DNA of 64,000 nucleotides, taken from an uncultured Candidatus Saccharibacteria bacterium. Lineage in GTDB: Bacteria > Patescibacteriota > Saccharimonadia > Saccharimonadales > CAZNVG01. The stretch lies in NCBI GenBank assembly GCA_964576475.1, contig CAZNVG010000001.1:8367-72366 (forward strand). The letters are read 5' to 3'. The notes below the pieces were generated by a model. It made no database searches. It saw only the letters and a program-made list of their open reading frames with translations, and was not told where the DNA came from. Positions within the stretch are counted from its first letter, which is position 1. Every line of letters begins with the position of its first letter. This document shows positions 8,882 through 16,688 of the stretch, piece after piece. Position numbers and translations under genes: made by a program.

Positions 8882-11403
8882 AAATATCGCTCCAATGGGC
8901 ACAGTACTTTAGCAATGTAGACCTCCGTACAATTTCGGATGAACTGCTGGTTTCCAAAATCGGATCGCAAATCGGAGAAGTCGAAGGCGTAGAGGACTGG
9001 GGCAAAAAATACAAAGGTGTTGTCGTCGCGAAAGTGGTGAGCTGCGAACCGCATCCCAACGCTGACAAGCTGCACGTTTGTCGCATAGACGACGGAGGAG
9101 TTGTAGAAGGAGTCGAGCGAGATACTGAAGGTCTGGTGCAAGTGGTTTGTGGAGCGCCAAATGTAACCAAAGACGTACTCGTCGCTTGGCTACCTCCAGG
9201 TGCAACAGTTCCAACTACGTTAGAGAAAGATCCGTTTGTGCTTGAGGCACGCGAATTAAGAGGTGTGGTTAGTAATGGTATGCTTGCAAGCCTGAAGGAG
9301 CTGGGCATTGCTGATGATCATAGCGGCATACTACTCATCGATTCTGAAGAAGTAGGCACAGAGCTTGCCAAACCTGGCACACCGTTTGAGAAGTTATATG
9401 GGCTAGATGACCTCGTTATAGATATTGAAAATAAAATGTTCACCCATAGACCAGATTGTTTTGGCGTGCTTGGTGTTGCTCGAGAAATCGCTGGCATCCA
9501 ATCGTTGTCATTTGAAAGTCCGAAATGGTACACAACGTCTCCTCAATTCGCTACTCCAGACCTACTGCCACTACGCGTCATGAATGAGGCACCTGATAGT
9601 GTGTATCGCTTCATGGCTGTAGCGATGAAGAATGTTCGAATGATACCAAGTCCTATCTGGCTACAAGCGGGATTGACTCGTGTCGGTATACGACCAATTA
9701 ATTATCTCGTAGACTTAACTAACTTCTACATGCATCTTACTGGTCAACCAATGCATGCCTATGACTACGATAAGGTGAAATCGCTTAGCGGTGAGAACGC
9801 AACGCTCGTAGCACGAGAGGCAACCAAGTCAGAGAAACTTACCTTGTTGAGTGGCAAGGAAGTACTCATCGATGCACCAAGCCTTGTGATTGCCACCGAC
9901 AAAGAAGCAATAGGATTAGCTGGGGTAATGGGCGGTGCAAATACTGAAGTGGATGAGACAACAACGAACATCATCCTAGAGTGCGCATCATTTGATATGT
10001 ATTCTATCCGACGCACTGCAATGAAATATGGGTTATTTACGGACGCAGTCACACGTTTCACTAAGGGGCAAAGCCCGTTGCAAAACGACTACATACTTGC
10101 CAAAATCATGGACGACATCATACAGAACACGGGTGCTGAGCAAGCAAGTGTCGTCTACGATCTGCATAATGAACTACCATCGTCGCCTGCTGTTACTGTT
10201 AGTACAGAGTTCATCAATGATCGCTTGGGCAGCGAACTATCAAGTGAACAGATGGCGAAACTTCTACAAAACGTAGAATTTAGTGTAGCCACAAATGATG
10301 CTGAAGGCTTGAGTGTTACTGCACCGTTCTGGCGAACTGATATTGAGCAGCCAGAAGATATAGTAGAAGAGGTTGGTCGACTCTATGGGTATGACAATCT
10401 ACCCATCCAGCTGCCAACTCGATCGTCATCACCTTCTCGACAAAGTACGATACTGTCATTGAAATCGCGCATACGATCCGCGCTAACAAGCGCCGGTGCC
10501 AATGAAGTGCTGACTTACAGTTTTGTGCACGGAGATTTGCTAGAAAAAGTATCACAGCCTGTTGACCAGGCATACAAGCTCACTAATGCGATTAGCCCTG
10601 ATCTACAATATTTCCGACTGAGTATTATTCCTAGCTTACTAGACAAGGTGTACATGAACGTACGCGCAGGATTTGACGAGTTTGGGATATTTGAACTGAA
10701 CAAAAGCCACGTGAAGCAGCATGGACTTGATGAGTTGCAGGTGCCGAAAGAAATAGAAGCCACAGCTTTCGTATTTGCTGCCAGTGACAAACATGCCAAG
10801 CAGTTGTCTGGATCAGCCTTTTACTATGCACGTGCATACTTAGATGAAATGGCACGACAGCTAGGCTTAAAGCTTGTCTACGACGTGATAAACGAAGAGT
10901 CAGCATATCCTGTAGCCCAGCCTTTCGACCAAACACGATCAGCAATGGTGAGAGACAGTAGAACGGGGACTGTCCTCGGTATGATTGGTGAGTTTAAGCA
11001 GTCGACTCTCAGAAGCTTGAAGCTACCTAAGTTTACAGCAGGATTTGAACTCGGTACCGATTTGTTACTTGGCTGCGTTGAGGATCATGTTGAATACATA
11101 CCGTTGTCTAAATTTCCGTCAACTGAACAAGACATCTGCCTCCAAGTAGATTCGAGCACTACGTATGCAGCGCTACAAGGCTGCATCTTAGATGCATTAG
11201 CGTTCATTGCAAAGGAGAAGCAATATCGCTTTGTGCTTACTCCTGTTGATGTCTATAGAGCCGAGGCTAGATCACAAAAGAACATTACTTTTAGAATTAC
11301 CTTGTCTCATCCTGAGCGTACTTTGGTCACCCGAGAGATAAACGAGTTGCTTGAGCATATTTCTACTGAAGCGCACGATAAACTTGCAGCGACTCGACAG
11401 TAG
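8878..11403 (+). CDS. pheT: Phenylalanine-tRNA ligase beta subunit
   Basis: HPNADKL, VVCGAPN, RGVVSNGML, HRPDCFG, EDIVEEVGRLYGY, C-terminal FDX-ACB domain. Confidence 0.97.
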   Translation: MKISLQWAQYFSNVDLRTISDELLVSKIGSQIGEVEGVEDWGKKYKGVVVAKVVSCEPHPNADKLHVCRIDDGGVVEGVERDTEGLVQVVCGAPNVTKDVLVAWLPPGATVPTTLEKDPFVLEARELRGVVSNGMLASLKELGIADDHSGILLIDSEEVGTELAKPGTPFEKLYGLDDLVIDIENKMFTHRPDCFGVLGVAREIAGIQSLSFESPKWYTTSPQFATPDLLPLRVMNEAPDSVYRFMAVAMKNVRMIPSPIWLQAGLTRVGIRPINYLVDLTNFYMHLTGQPMHAYDYDKVKSLSGENATLVAREATKSEKLTLLSGKEVLIDAPSLVIATDKEAIGLAGVMGGANTEVDETTTNIILECASFDMYSIRRTAMKYGLFTDAVTRFTKGQSPLQNDYILAKIMDDIIQNTGAEQASVVYDLHNELPSSPAVTVSTEFINDRLGSELSSEQMAKLLQNVEFSVATNDAEGLSVTAPFWRTDIEQPEDIVEEVGRLYGYDNLPIQLPTRSSSPSRQSTILSLKSRIRSALTSAGANEVLTYSFVHGDLLEKVSQPVDQAYKLTNAISPDLQYFRLSIIPSLLDKVYMNVRAGFDEFGIFELNKSHVKQHGLDELQVPKEIEATAFVFAASDKHAKQLSGSAFYYARAYLDEMARQLGLKLVYDVINEESAYPVAQPFDQTRSAMVRDSRTGTVLGMIGEFKQSTLRSLKLPKFTAGFELGTDLLLGCVEDHVEYIPLSKFPSTEQDICLQVDSSTTYAALQGCILDALAFIAKEKQYRFVLTPVDVYRAEARSQKNITFRITLSHPERTLVTREINELLEHISTEAHDKLAATRQ

Positions 11404-11411
11404 ATATTTAC

Positions 11412-11440
11412 TTGTAATTTTTTAATTAAAGTGGCATAAT
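11412..11440 (+). promoter_or_regulatory. Sigma70 promoter of the structured RNA locus
   Basis: TTGTAA (11412-17), 17-nt spacer, extended -10 TGgCATAAT (11432-40). Confidence 0.7.
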
Positions 11441-11560
11441 CCTTCAAGCTCGCTTTGCGAGCGAACCTTAACAGGCGTGGTACACCACCGGACAATCTGG
11501 ATGGCTCTTTTAGGTATATATGATTTTCTATATCTAAATGAGTTATTCAGAAATGTCCTA

Positions 11561-11628
11561 GGGGGCGCGAGGCAGGTAGTTGGGGGTTATAGCCTAAACT
11601 ACGCAGGGTTCGAATCCCGCCGTCTCCA
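11561..11628 (+). tRNA. D-armless tRNA-like element (not a canonical tRNA)
   Basis: Acceptor GGGGGCG/CGTCTCC+A; T-arm GC(A)GGG-TTCGAAT-CCCGC; extended anticodon-like stem; only 8 nt where the D-arm belongs. Confidence 0.6.
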
Positions 11629-11776
11629 CTGGGTTAGCTAGCATATGGACTTTCACTAGTTCCTCAAATGCGAAAAGCGACGGATAAGCAACGCCGTTGC
11701 CTGCTAACCCGCCAATCGTTCGTTTCCATCGATGACCATCAGGTTATCCAGAGCACCACCGAGAGGGGGTGATTGA

Positions 11777-11923
11777 ATGGGTAAGTTCACGGGGACCAGC
11801 AAGCCTTCCGGGGCGGTCAACAACGTGCGGGTCACCTGCGGCAACTGTCGGAACACTTACTATGTGAACCCAAATCTCGCAAGGAGAATGGGGGGATCCA
11901 GGTGTCCGAAGTGCGGCAAGTAG
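11777..11923 (+). CDS. 48-aa zinc-ribbon peptide MGKFTGTSKPSGAVNNVRVTCGNCRNTYYVNPNLARRMGGSRCPKCGK
   Basis: GGGGGTGA SD, CxxC...CPKCG, strong G/C third-position bias; shorter than the ORFs listed in the track. Confidence 0.7.
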   Translation: MGKFTGTSKPSGAVNNVRVTCGNCRNTYYVNPNLARRMGGSRCPKCGK

Positions 11924-12020
11924 CCCACCCATGGAAACGAACAGTTCTCTTACCAGAGAAATTGACGAAGGCTTAACATGCCATCATCAATCGCGTACCA
12001 CGCCTGTTAGTTTCCAAGTT

Positions 12021-12368
12021 ATGAAAAGTCAAGAACTACACACGATTATTAAAGAACGAGTAGCCGCTGGCGAGAGTCGAGCGGTACTACGATTTATCCA
12101 ACAGAATGAAAGTGCCGAAACGCTTATACCCGAATGTCCTGGCTGTGATCAAAAGATTAAATATCGCGCTGAATCAACAGCAAAGCGCATGGGCGAGGCA
12201 GTCGTAAAGGTGGTTTGCAATATATACGAAGATGGCAGATGGAATCGCGAAGAAGATTGGCACGACACTTGCTACCATGACGCGGGCGATCCATACGGCG
12301 AAGTACTAGATGGAAGAGAAGCAGGACGAGCCACTCAGCGCAGCAAGAGCGAAGCCGCAATTGAGTAG
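12021..12368 (+). CDS. Zinc-finger-like protein (CxxC...HxxC)
   Basis: CPGCDQKI...WHDTCY; start moved to ATG 12021, just after the RNA closing stem. Confidence 0.6.
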   Translation: MKSQELHTIIKERVAAGESRAVLRFIQQNESAETLIPECPGCDQKIKYRAESTAKRMGEAVVKVVCNIYEDGRWNREEDWHDTCYHDAGDPYGEVLDGREAGRATQRSKSEAAIE

Positions 12369-12401
12369 TGCATCAACTACAATGTACCGTACAATAGTCT
12401 C

Positions 12402-14192
12402 ATGAAACATATATGGAGAATTATTCGCTATTCGCGCGAGTTATGGCCGCTATACGTAGCGATTAGCTTCTTCACTATAGTCTTGGCACTACTTAATCAG
12501 TCGATACCGATACTGACGAAAGTAGGACTGGATGAAATATCAAATCTCATAAGTGGCCTTCCTGCATCGCAACAAAAGGTTATTTGGGTGGTTGTCATCA
12601 TTTTCCTGGTTGATGTTGCCTCGACGATTAGTTCAAACATCGGCGGCTATTATGGTGATATTTTAGCGCAGAGACTACGTAAACTGCTTAGTGAAAAATA
12701 CTATGAACACCTCCTCAAGCTGCCGCAAACGTATTATGACGGAGAGCTCAGCGGCAAGATTATATCCAGGCTAAATCGAAGCATCTCGCAGATAACCAAC
12801 TTTATGAACATGCTGAGTAATAACTTCTTGCAGTTTATTCTCTCAACAGTATTTACACTTGTCATTGTTGCTTACTACAGCTGGGAAGTCGCACTTATGC
12901 TCGGCCTTCTGTACCCAATTTTCTTGTACCTAACGTCAAGAACTTCAAGTAAGTGGCAGAAATGGCAACACAAACTTAATCATCATTTAGATGTGGCAGG
13001 CGGCCGATTTGCTGAAGCAATCAGCCAGATTAAAGTTGTCAAAACCTTCCTTTATGAAGATCGCGAGTTGAAGTTTCTCAAGCGTGAGTTTGGCGAAACG
13101 CTACTCATAGGCCGCAGGCAATCAGCCTACTGGCACAAACAAGACGTCGGACGGCGTCTAGTACTAAATATAATATTCTTCGCTGTATATGGATTCATAT
13201 TCGTTCGCGCAGGACAGGGTCGCTTTACTATTCCCGAGATGGTTCTGCTTATTCAATACGCAAACTATATACGTATTCCAATTTTCAGTATGAGCTTTAT
13301 TGTCGACAACACACAGCGTGCTATTGCAGATAGCAAGGATTTCTTTGAAGTAATGGCCATTGAGCCTGCAATATCTGACAAGCCTCACGCTGCAGATTTA
13401 CAAGTTGGCGATGCAAGCATTGAGTTCCGACACGTAAGCTTTGCCTATGATGATGAGCCGGTTCTGAAGGGCGTAAACTTCACAATACCCAAGGATAGTA
13501 AAGTTGCGCTCGTCGGCGAAAGCGGTGAAGGTAAAACAACCCTGACTAACCTATTGCTACGACTTTATGAACCACAGAAAGGTGCAATCTTTATTGACGA
13601 ACAAGACATCTCAGCAGTTACGCAATCTAGCCTCAGAGAAAACATTGGTGTTGTGTTTCAGGAACCCGCGTTATTCTCAGGGACTATTAGGGAAAATATA
13701 GCGTACGGTCGGCCAAAAGCAACATTAGCTCAGATTCAAGCGGCAGCAAAAGCAGCTAATGCCCATGAGTTTATAGAAAAATTCGAGAAAGAATACGACA
13801 CAGAGATTGGCGAGCGAGGTCTAAAACTTAGTGGCGGTCAGAAGCAACGAATTGCAATCGCCCGTGCACTACTCAAGGACGCGCCTATTTTGATTCTTGA
13901 CGAGGCAACGAGCAGCCTCGACAACAGATCTGAACGTCTTGTACAAGAAGCACTAGAGCGTCTTATGAAAAATCGTACAACTATAATCATTGCGCACAGA
14001 CTCAGTACTATCGCAGACGTGGATATCATTGTGACACTGACAAAAGGCAAAGTAGATGAAATTGGATCTCCTAAAGAGCTTGCGAAAACAAACGGCATCT
14101 ACTCGCAGCTGCTTGATCTGCAACGGGGCGGAAATACATCTACAGCTAAGCTCAAAGAGTTTGATTTAGAAGTTGCTAAAACTGAGTTGTGA
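12402..14192 (+). CDS. ABC exporter, fused permease/ATPase (MsbA/Atm1-like)
   Basis: N-terminal TM domain; GESGEGKT, LSGGQKQRIAIARA, ILDEATSSLD, AHRLST. Confidence 0.93.
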   Translation: MKHIWRIIRYSRELWPLYVAISFFTIVLALLNQSIPILTKVGLDEISNLISGLPASQQKVIWVVVIIFLVDVASTISSNIGGYYGDILAQRLRKLLSEKYYEHLLKLPQTYYDGELSGKIISRLNRSISQITNFMNMLSNNFLQFILSTVFTLVIVAYYSWEVALMLGLLYPIFLYLTSRTSSKWQKWQHKLNHHLDVAGGRFAEAISQIKVVKTFLYEDRELKFLKREFGETLLIGRRQSAYWHKQDVGRRLVLNIIFFAVYGFIFVRAGQGRFTIPEMVLLIQYANYIRIPIFSMSFIVDNTQRAIADSKDFFEVMAIEPAISDKPHAADLQVGDASIEFRHVSFAYDDEPVLKGVNFTIPKDSKVALVGESGEGKTTLTNLLLRLYEPQKGAIFIDEQDISAVTQSSLRENIGVVFQEPALFSGTIRENIAYGRPKATLAQIQAAAKAANAHEFIEKFEKEYDTEIGERGLKLSGGQKQRIAIARALLKDAPILILDEATSSLDNRSERLVQEALERLMKNRTTIIIAHRLSTIADVDIIVTLTKGKVDEIGSPKELAKTNGIYSQLLDLQRGGNTSTAKLKEFDLEVAKTEL

Positions 14193-14200
14193 TCTGAAAG

Positions 14201-14539
14201 CTACGAACTAGCCTCAGTGTCCATCTTATCCCGTCTACTGCCACCAATAAGTAGTGCGCCCGATGCTGCTACGAGCGTTCCGCTTAAAACAACCGTTGGC
14301 CACATTAAGTCATCCCATATTTCATCTGTCGCTTGCCGGTACTCATCCCTAACGTCCTTACTGATTCGCTCATCGCTGACGACAGTTTCGTACGCAGATA
14401 TTGTGGCAACCCTATCAACCGAATGAGACATCACCAGCCAGACAGCAGTAGTACCTAACACTGATGCCACGACACGGAGTGATCCCTTTTTACGCTCCGG
14501 TTTATTGTCCCTGGTTGATTCCGTATTTTTCATATGCAT
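14201..14539 (-). CDS. Hypothetical two-TM membrane protein
   Basis: Two hydrophobic segments; fills the gap. Confidence 0.5.
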   Translation of the reverse strand: MHMKNTESTRDNKPERKKGSLRVVASVLGTTAVWLVMSHSVDRVATISAYETVVSDERISKDVRDEYRQATDEIWDDLMWPTVVLSGTLVAASGALLIGGSRRDKMDTEASS

Positions 14540-14604
14540 ACGGTACTACAATTTTGTGTATTGCGCGAATCGGCTAATCGATGTTTCTGTTGTATCATGC
14601 TTGC

Positions 14605-15084
14605 ATGAACGAGGACTATCAACCCAACTATCAAAACACATCGCGTAAGGTCGCGAGAGCCGTGCTGCTGCATGATAGCCATGTTCTTCTCATCAAGCGT
14701 CATACGGCAACCCAAGATTTCTACGCTTTTCCTGGCGGCGGCGTTGAGGCTAATGAATCATTTGAGCACGCGGTTGTTCGAGAGCTTAACGAGGAGGCCT
14801 CAATTATCGCAGCAGTAGAGCGTTTAGTGTATGTTTACACATCTCCCAAATGGGGAAAACAACAGTTCTACAAGTGTCGGTATATTTCTGGTGAACCCTT
14901 GCTACGAGCAGATAGTATTGAAGCTCAAATACAGGAACATGAGGAAAACAGTTTTACCCCAATGTGGGTGGATGTTGCGTCTTTGTCTAGTCTCGCTGTG
15001 TATCCAAGCCCTCTTGTAGACCAGCTCATAAAAGATATTGCCTCCGGGTTTGCAGCTAAAGTTCAGCATTTTACCGACGACTAA
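14605..15084 (+). CDS. NUDIX hydrolase
   Basis: Nudix box FPGGGVEANESFEHAVVRELNEEA; start moved to ATG 14605 after TATCAT. Confidence 0.88.
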   Translation: MNEDYQPNYQNTSRKVARAVLLHDSHVLLIKRHTATQDFYAFPGGGVEANESFEHAVVRELNEEASIIAAVERLVYVYTSPKWGKQQFYKCRYISGEPLLRADSIEAQIQEHEENSFTPMWVDVASLSSLAVYPSPLVDQLIKDIASGFAAKVQHFTDD

Positions 15085-15121
15085 TGCTATAATAAAATTT
15101 CGTAAATTGAGGGAGAATATT

Positions 15122-15637
15122 GTGGCGACAAGCAATTCGCAGCGAGTAAGTATTATTATAATTTTAGTATTGTTTGCACTTATGGGGGCGGGCGGAACAC
15201 TACTGACAATATTTGGCGCTGACAAAAACGAGTCGTCGACAAGTACTACAACCAACCCTAATGAACTACAAGGAAAACCAATGAAAGACTTTACGCCAGT
15301 TGCAAAAATTGAAAAACTTGAAATTATTGACCAGAAGGTAGGCGACGGCCAAGAAGCAAAAGCGACTGACACTGTTACCGCCCACTACACTGGTGCAGTC
15401 GCAGCAACTGGTAAAGTCTTTCAGAGTTCATATGACACCGGCCAACCTGCTACATTCCCTCTTAGCCAAGTAATTAAAGGCTGGACAGACGGTGTTCCCG
15501 GCATGAAAGTTGGTGGCAAGCGACGACTATTAATTCCTGCTGCGCTAGCATATGGTGAACAGTCGCCAGAAGGCTCAGGAATTCCTGCAAACGCAGACCT
15601 CGTGTTCGACATCGAGCTCGTATCTATTGGCGAATAG
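15122..15637 (+). CDS. FKBP-type peptidyl-prolyl isomerase with N-terminal membrane anchor
   Basis: VTAHYTG...FQSSYD...VIKGW.DGVPGMKVGGKRRLLIPAALAYG...IPANADLVFDIEL; GAGGGAG SD before GTG 15122. Confidence 0.92.
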   Translation: MATSNSQRVSIIIILVLFALMGAGGTLLTIFGADKNESSTSTTTNPNELQGKPMKDFTPVAKIEKLEIIDQKVGDGQEAKATDTVTAHYTGAVAATGKVFQSSYDTGQPATFPLSQVIKGWTDGVPGMKVGGKRRLLIPAALAYGEQSPEGSGIPANADLVFDIELVSIGE

Positions 15638-15672
15638 GACAACACCTCAATAGATCAAATAAGTAGTTAAAA

Positions 15673-15721
15673 TTACTATATATGGTGCCTTGACATAAGC
15701 ACAATGCACCATATATACTTG
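15673..15721 (+). promoter_or_regulatory. Tandem NrdR-box-like sites overlapping a TTGACA-18-TATACT promoter
   Basis: ttaCtAtATaTgGtgc (15673-88) and gcaCcAtATaTacttg (15706-21) resemble acaCwAtATaTwGtgt; upstream of an NrdH-like redoxin. Confidence 0.6.
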
Positions 15722-15758
15722 ATTTCAGAAACGATTAAAACGAAAACAGAGGGAAATT

Positions 15759-16007
15759 ATGGCTAAAAACATCACCATATATACAAGTAACACGTGTGCT
15801 TACTGCGTCATGGTAAAGAAATGGCTCAAGCTAAAGGGACATAACTACGATGAGGTAAACATCGAGACAAATCCTGAGCGACAGCCAGAAATGATGCAGG
15901 CTAGCGGACAAATGGCAGTACCTGTAACTATCATTACTAAAGAGGATGATAGTCGTGAAGTTGTTGTCGGTTATAACATTGCTAAACTAGCTCCGGCAGT
16001 TGCGTAA
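15759..16007 (+). CDS. NrdH-like glutaredoxin
   Basis: ITIYTSNTCAYC...SGQMAVPV...VVGYN. Confidence 0.88.
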   Translation: MAKNITIYTSNTCAYCVMVKKWLKLKGHNYDEVNIETNPERQPEMMQASGQMAVPVTIITKEDDSREVVVGYNIAKLAPAVA

Positions 16008-16031
16008 AATAGACTGTGCGATAATACAGTC

Positions 16032-16688
16032 GTGACCTCACAAAAAACTGTTCTTCTCGATTTTGACGGTACCGTAGCTGACTCTTTTGCTATGGCCGTT
16101 GATATTGCTCAGACGTTACTTAAAGCCTACGAATATCCTGTGCCTACTCAGGAGGAAATATTTGCCATGCGTGAATTGTCTGCTGCGCAGATCATAAAGG
16201 CAGCCAAGATTTCGCCAAGACACATACCAGCAATGGTTAAATACGTACGCGGCGAGCAAAAAAGTAGGATCAATACAGTAAAGCCGATACACGGTATCGA
16301 ACCAGTGCTCAAACAGCTCGCCAAGAGCTATCACTTGGGTATTGTTAGTTCATCGGATGCGCCGCTCATTCAGAATTTTCTTAAGAAGTACGAACTAGAT
16401 CACGTCATTACATCGGTTATTGGTGGGGCTGGTATATTTCAGAAGCATCGCTCTATACGTCGTTATATGAAGAAGCACAAATTGCACAATGATGACGTCG
16501 TTTATATTGGCGACGAAGCCAGGGACGTTGATGCTGCTCGCAAGGCTCGTGTTGGTTCGATCTCTGTTAACTGGGGATTTAATGGCATGAAGCCACTTAC
16601 TAAAGCCGGTCCCGATATACTTGTAACGAAAGTAAGTGATTTAGCGGCGGCAGTTAATACAATGTTTTCTAATAACGAGGATGATTAG
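16032..16688 (+). CDS. HAD-family phosphatase
   Basis: DFDGTVADS, YIGDEARDVDAA. Confidence 0.88.
   Translation: MTSQKTVLLDFDGTVADSFAMAVDIAQTLLKAYEYPVPTQEEIFAMRELSAAQIIKAAKISPRHIPAMVKYVRGEQKSRINTVKPIHGIEPVLKQLAKSYHLGIVSSSDAPLIQNFLKKYELDHVITSVIGGAGIFQKHRSIRRYMKKHKLHNDDVVYIGDEARDVDAARKARVGSISVNWGFNGMKPLTKAGPDILVTKVSDLAAAVNTMFSNNEDD

Larger units (their letters stand above)
11448..12014 (+). ncRNA. Large nested structured RNA of unknown family (~550 nt)
   Basis: Terminal stem 11469-11483/11995-12009 (15 bp perfect) enclosing several hairpins, a tRNA-like unit and a stem-enclosed sORF. Confidence 0.75.

Noticed and set aside
11561-11923. Canonical or two-piece tmRNA (ssrA)
   Set aside because: The 5' and 3' acceptor strands are only ~60 nt apart in unpermuted order, leaving no room for pseudoknots or a tag frame. 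The downstream ORF has its own SD/ATG and no Ala-rich tag ending.
11469-12009. MITE/IS with terminal inverted repeats
   Set aside because: No target-site duplication or transposase was seen; a dedicated promoter lies just outside and internal stems contain G-U pairs, favouring an RNA structure. Not fully excluded without a genome-wide copy search.
11931-12020. N-terminal extension of the 11931-12368 ORF
   Set aside because: It overlaps the RNA stems; ATG 12021 just after the closing stem is more plausible.
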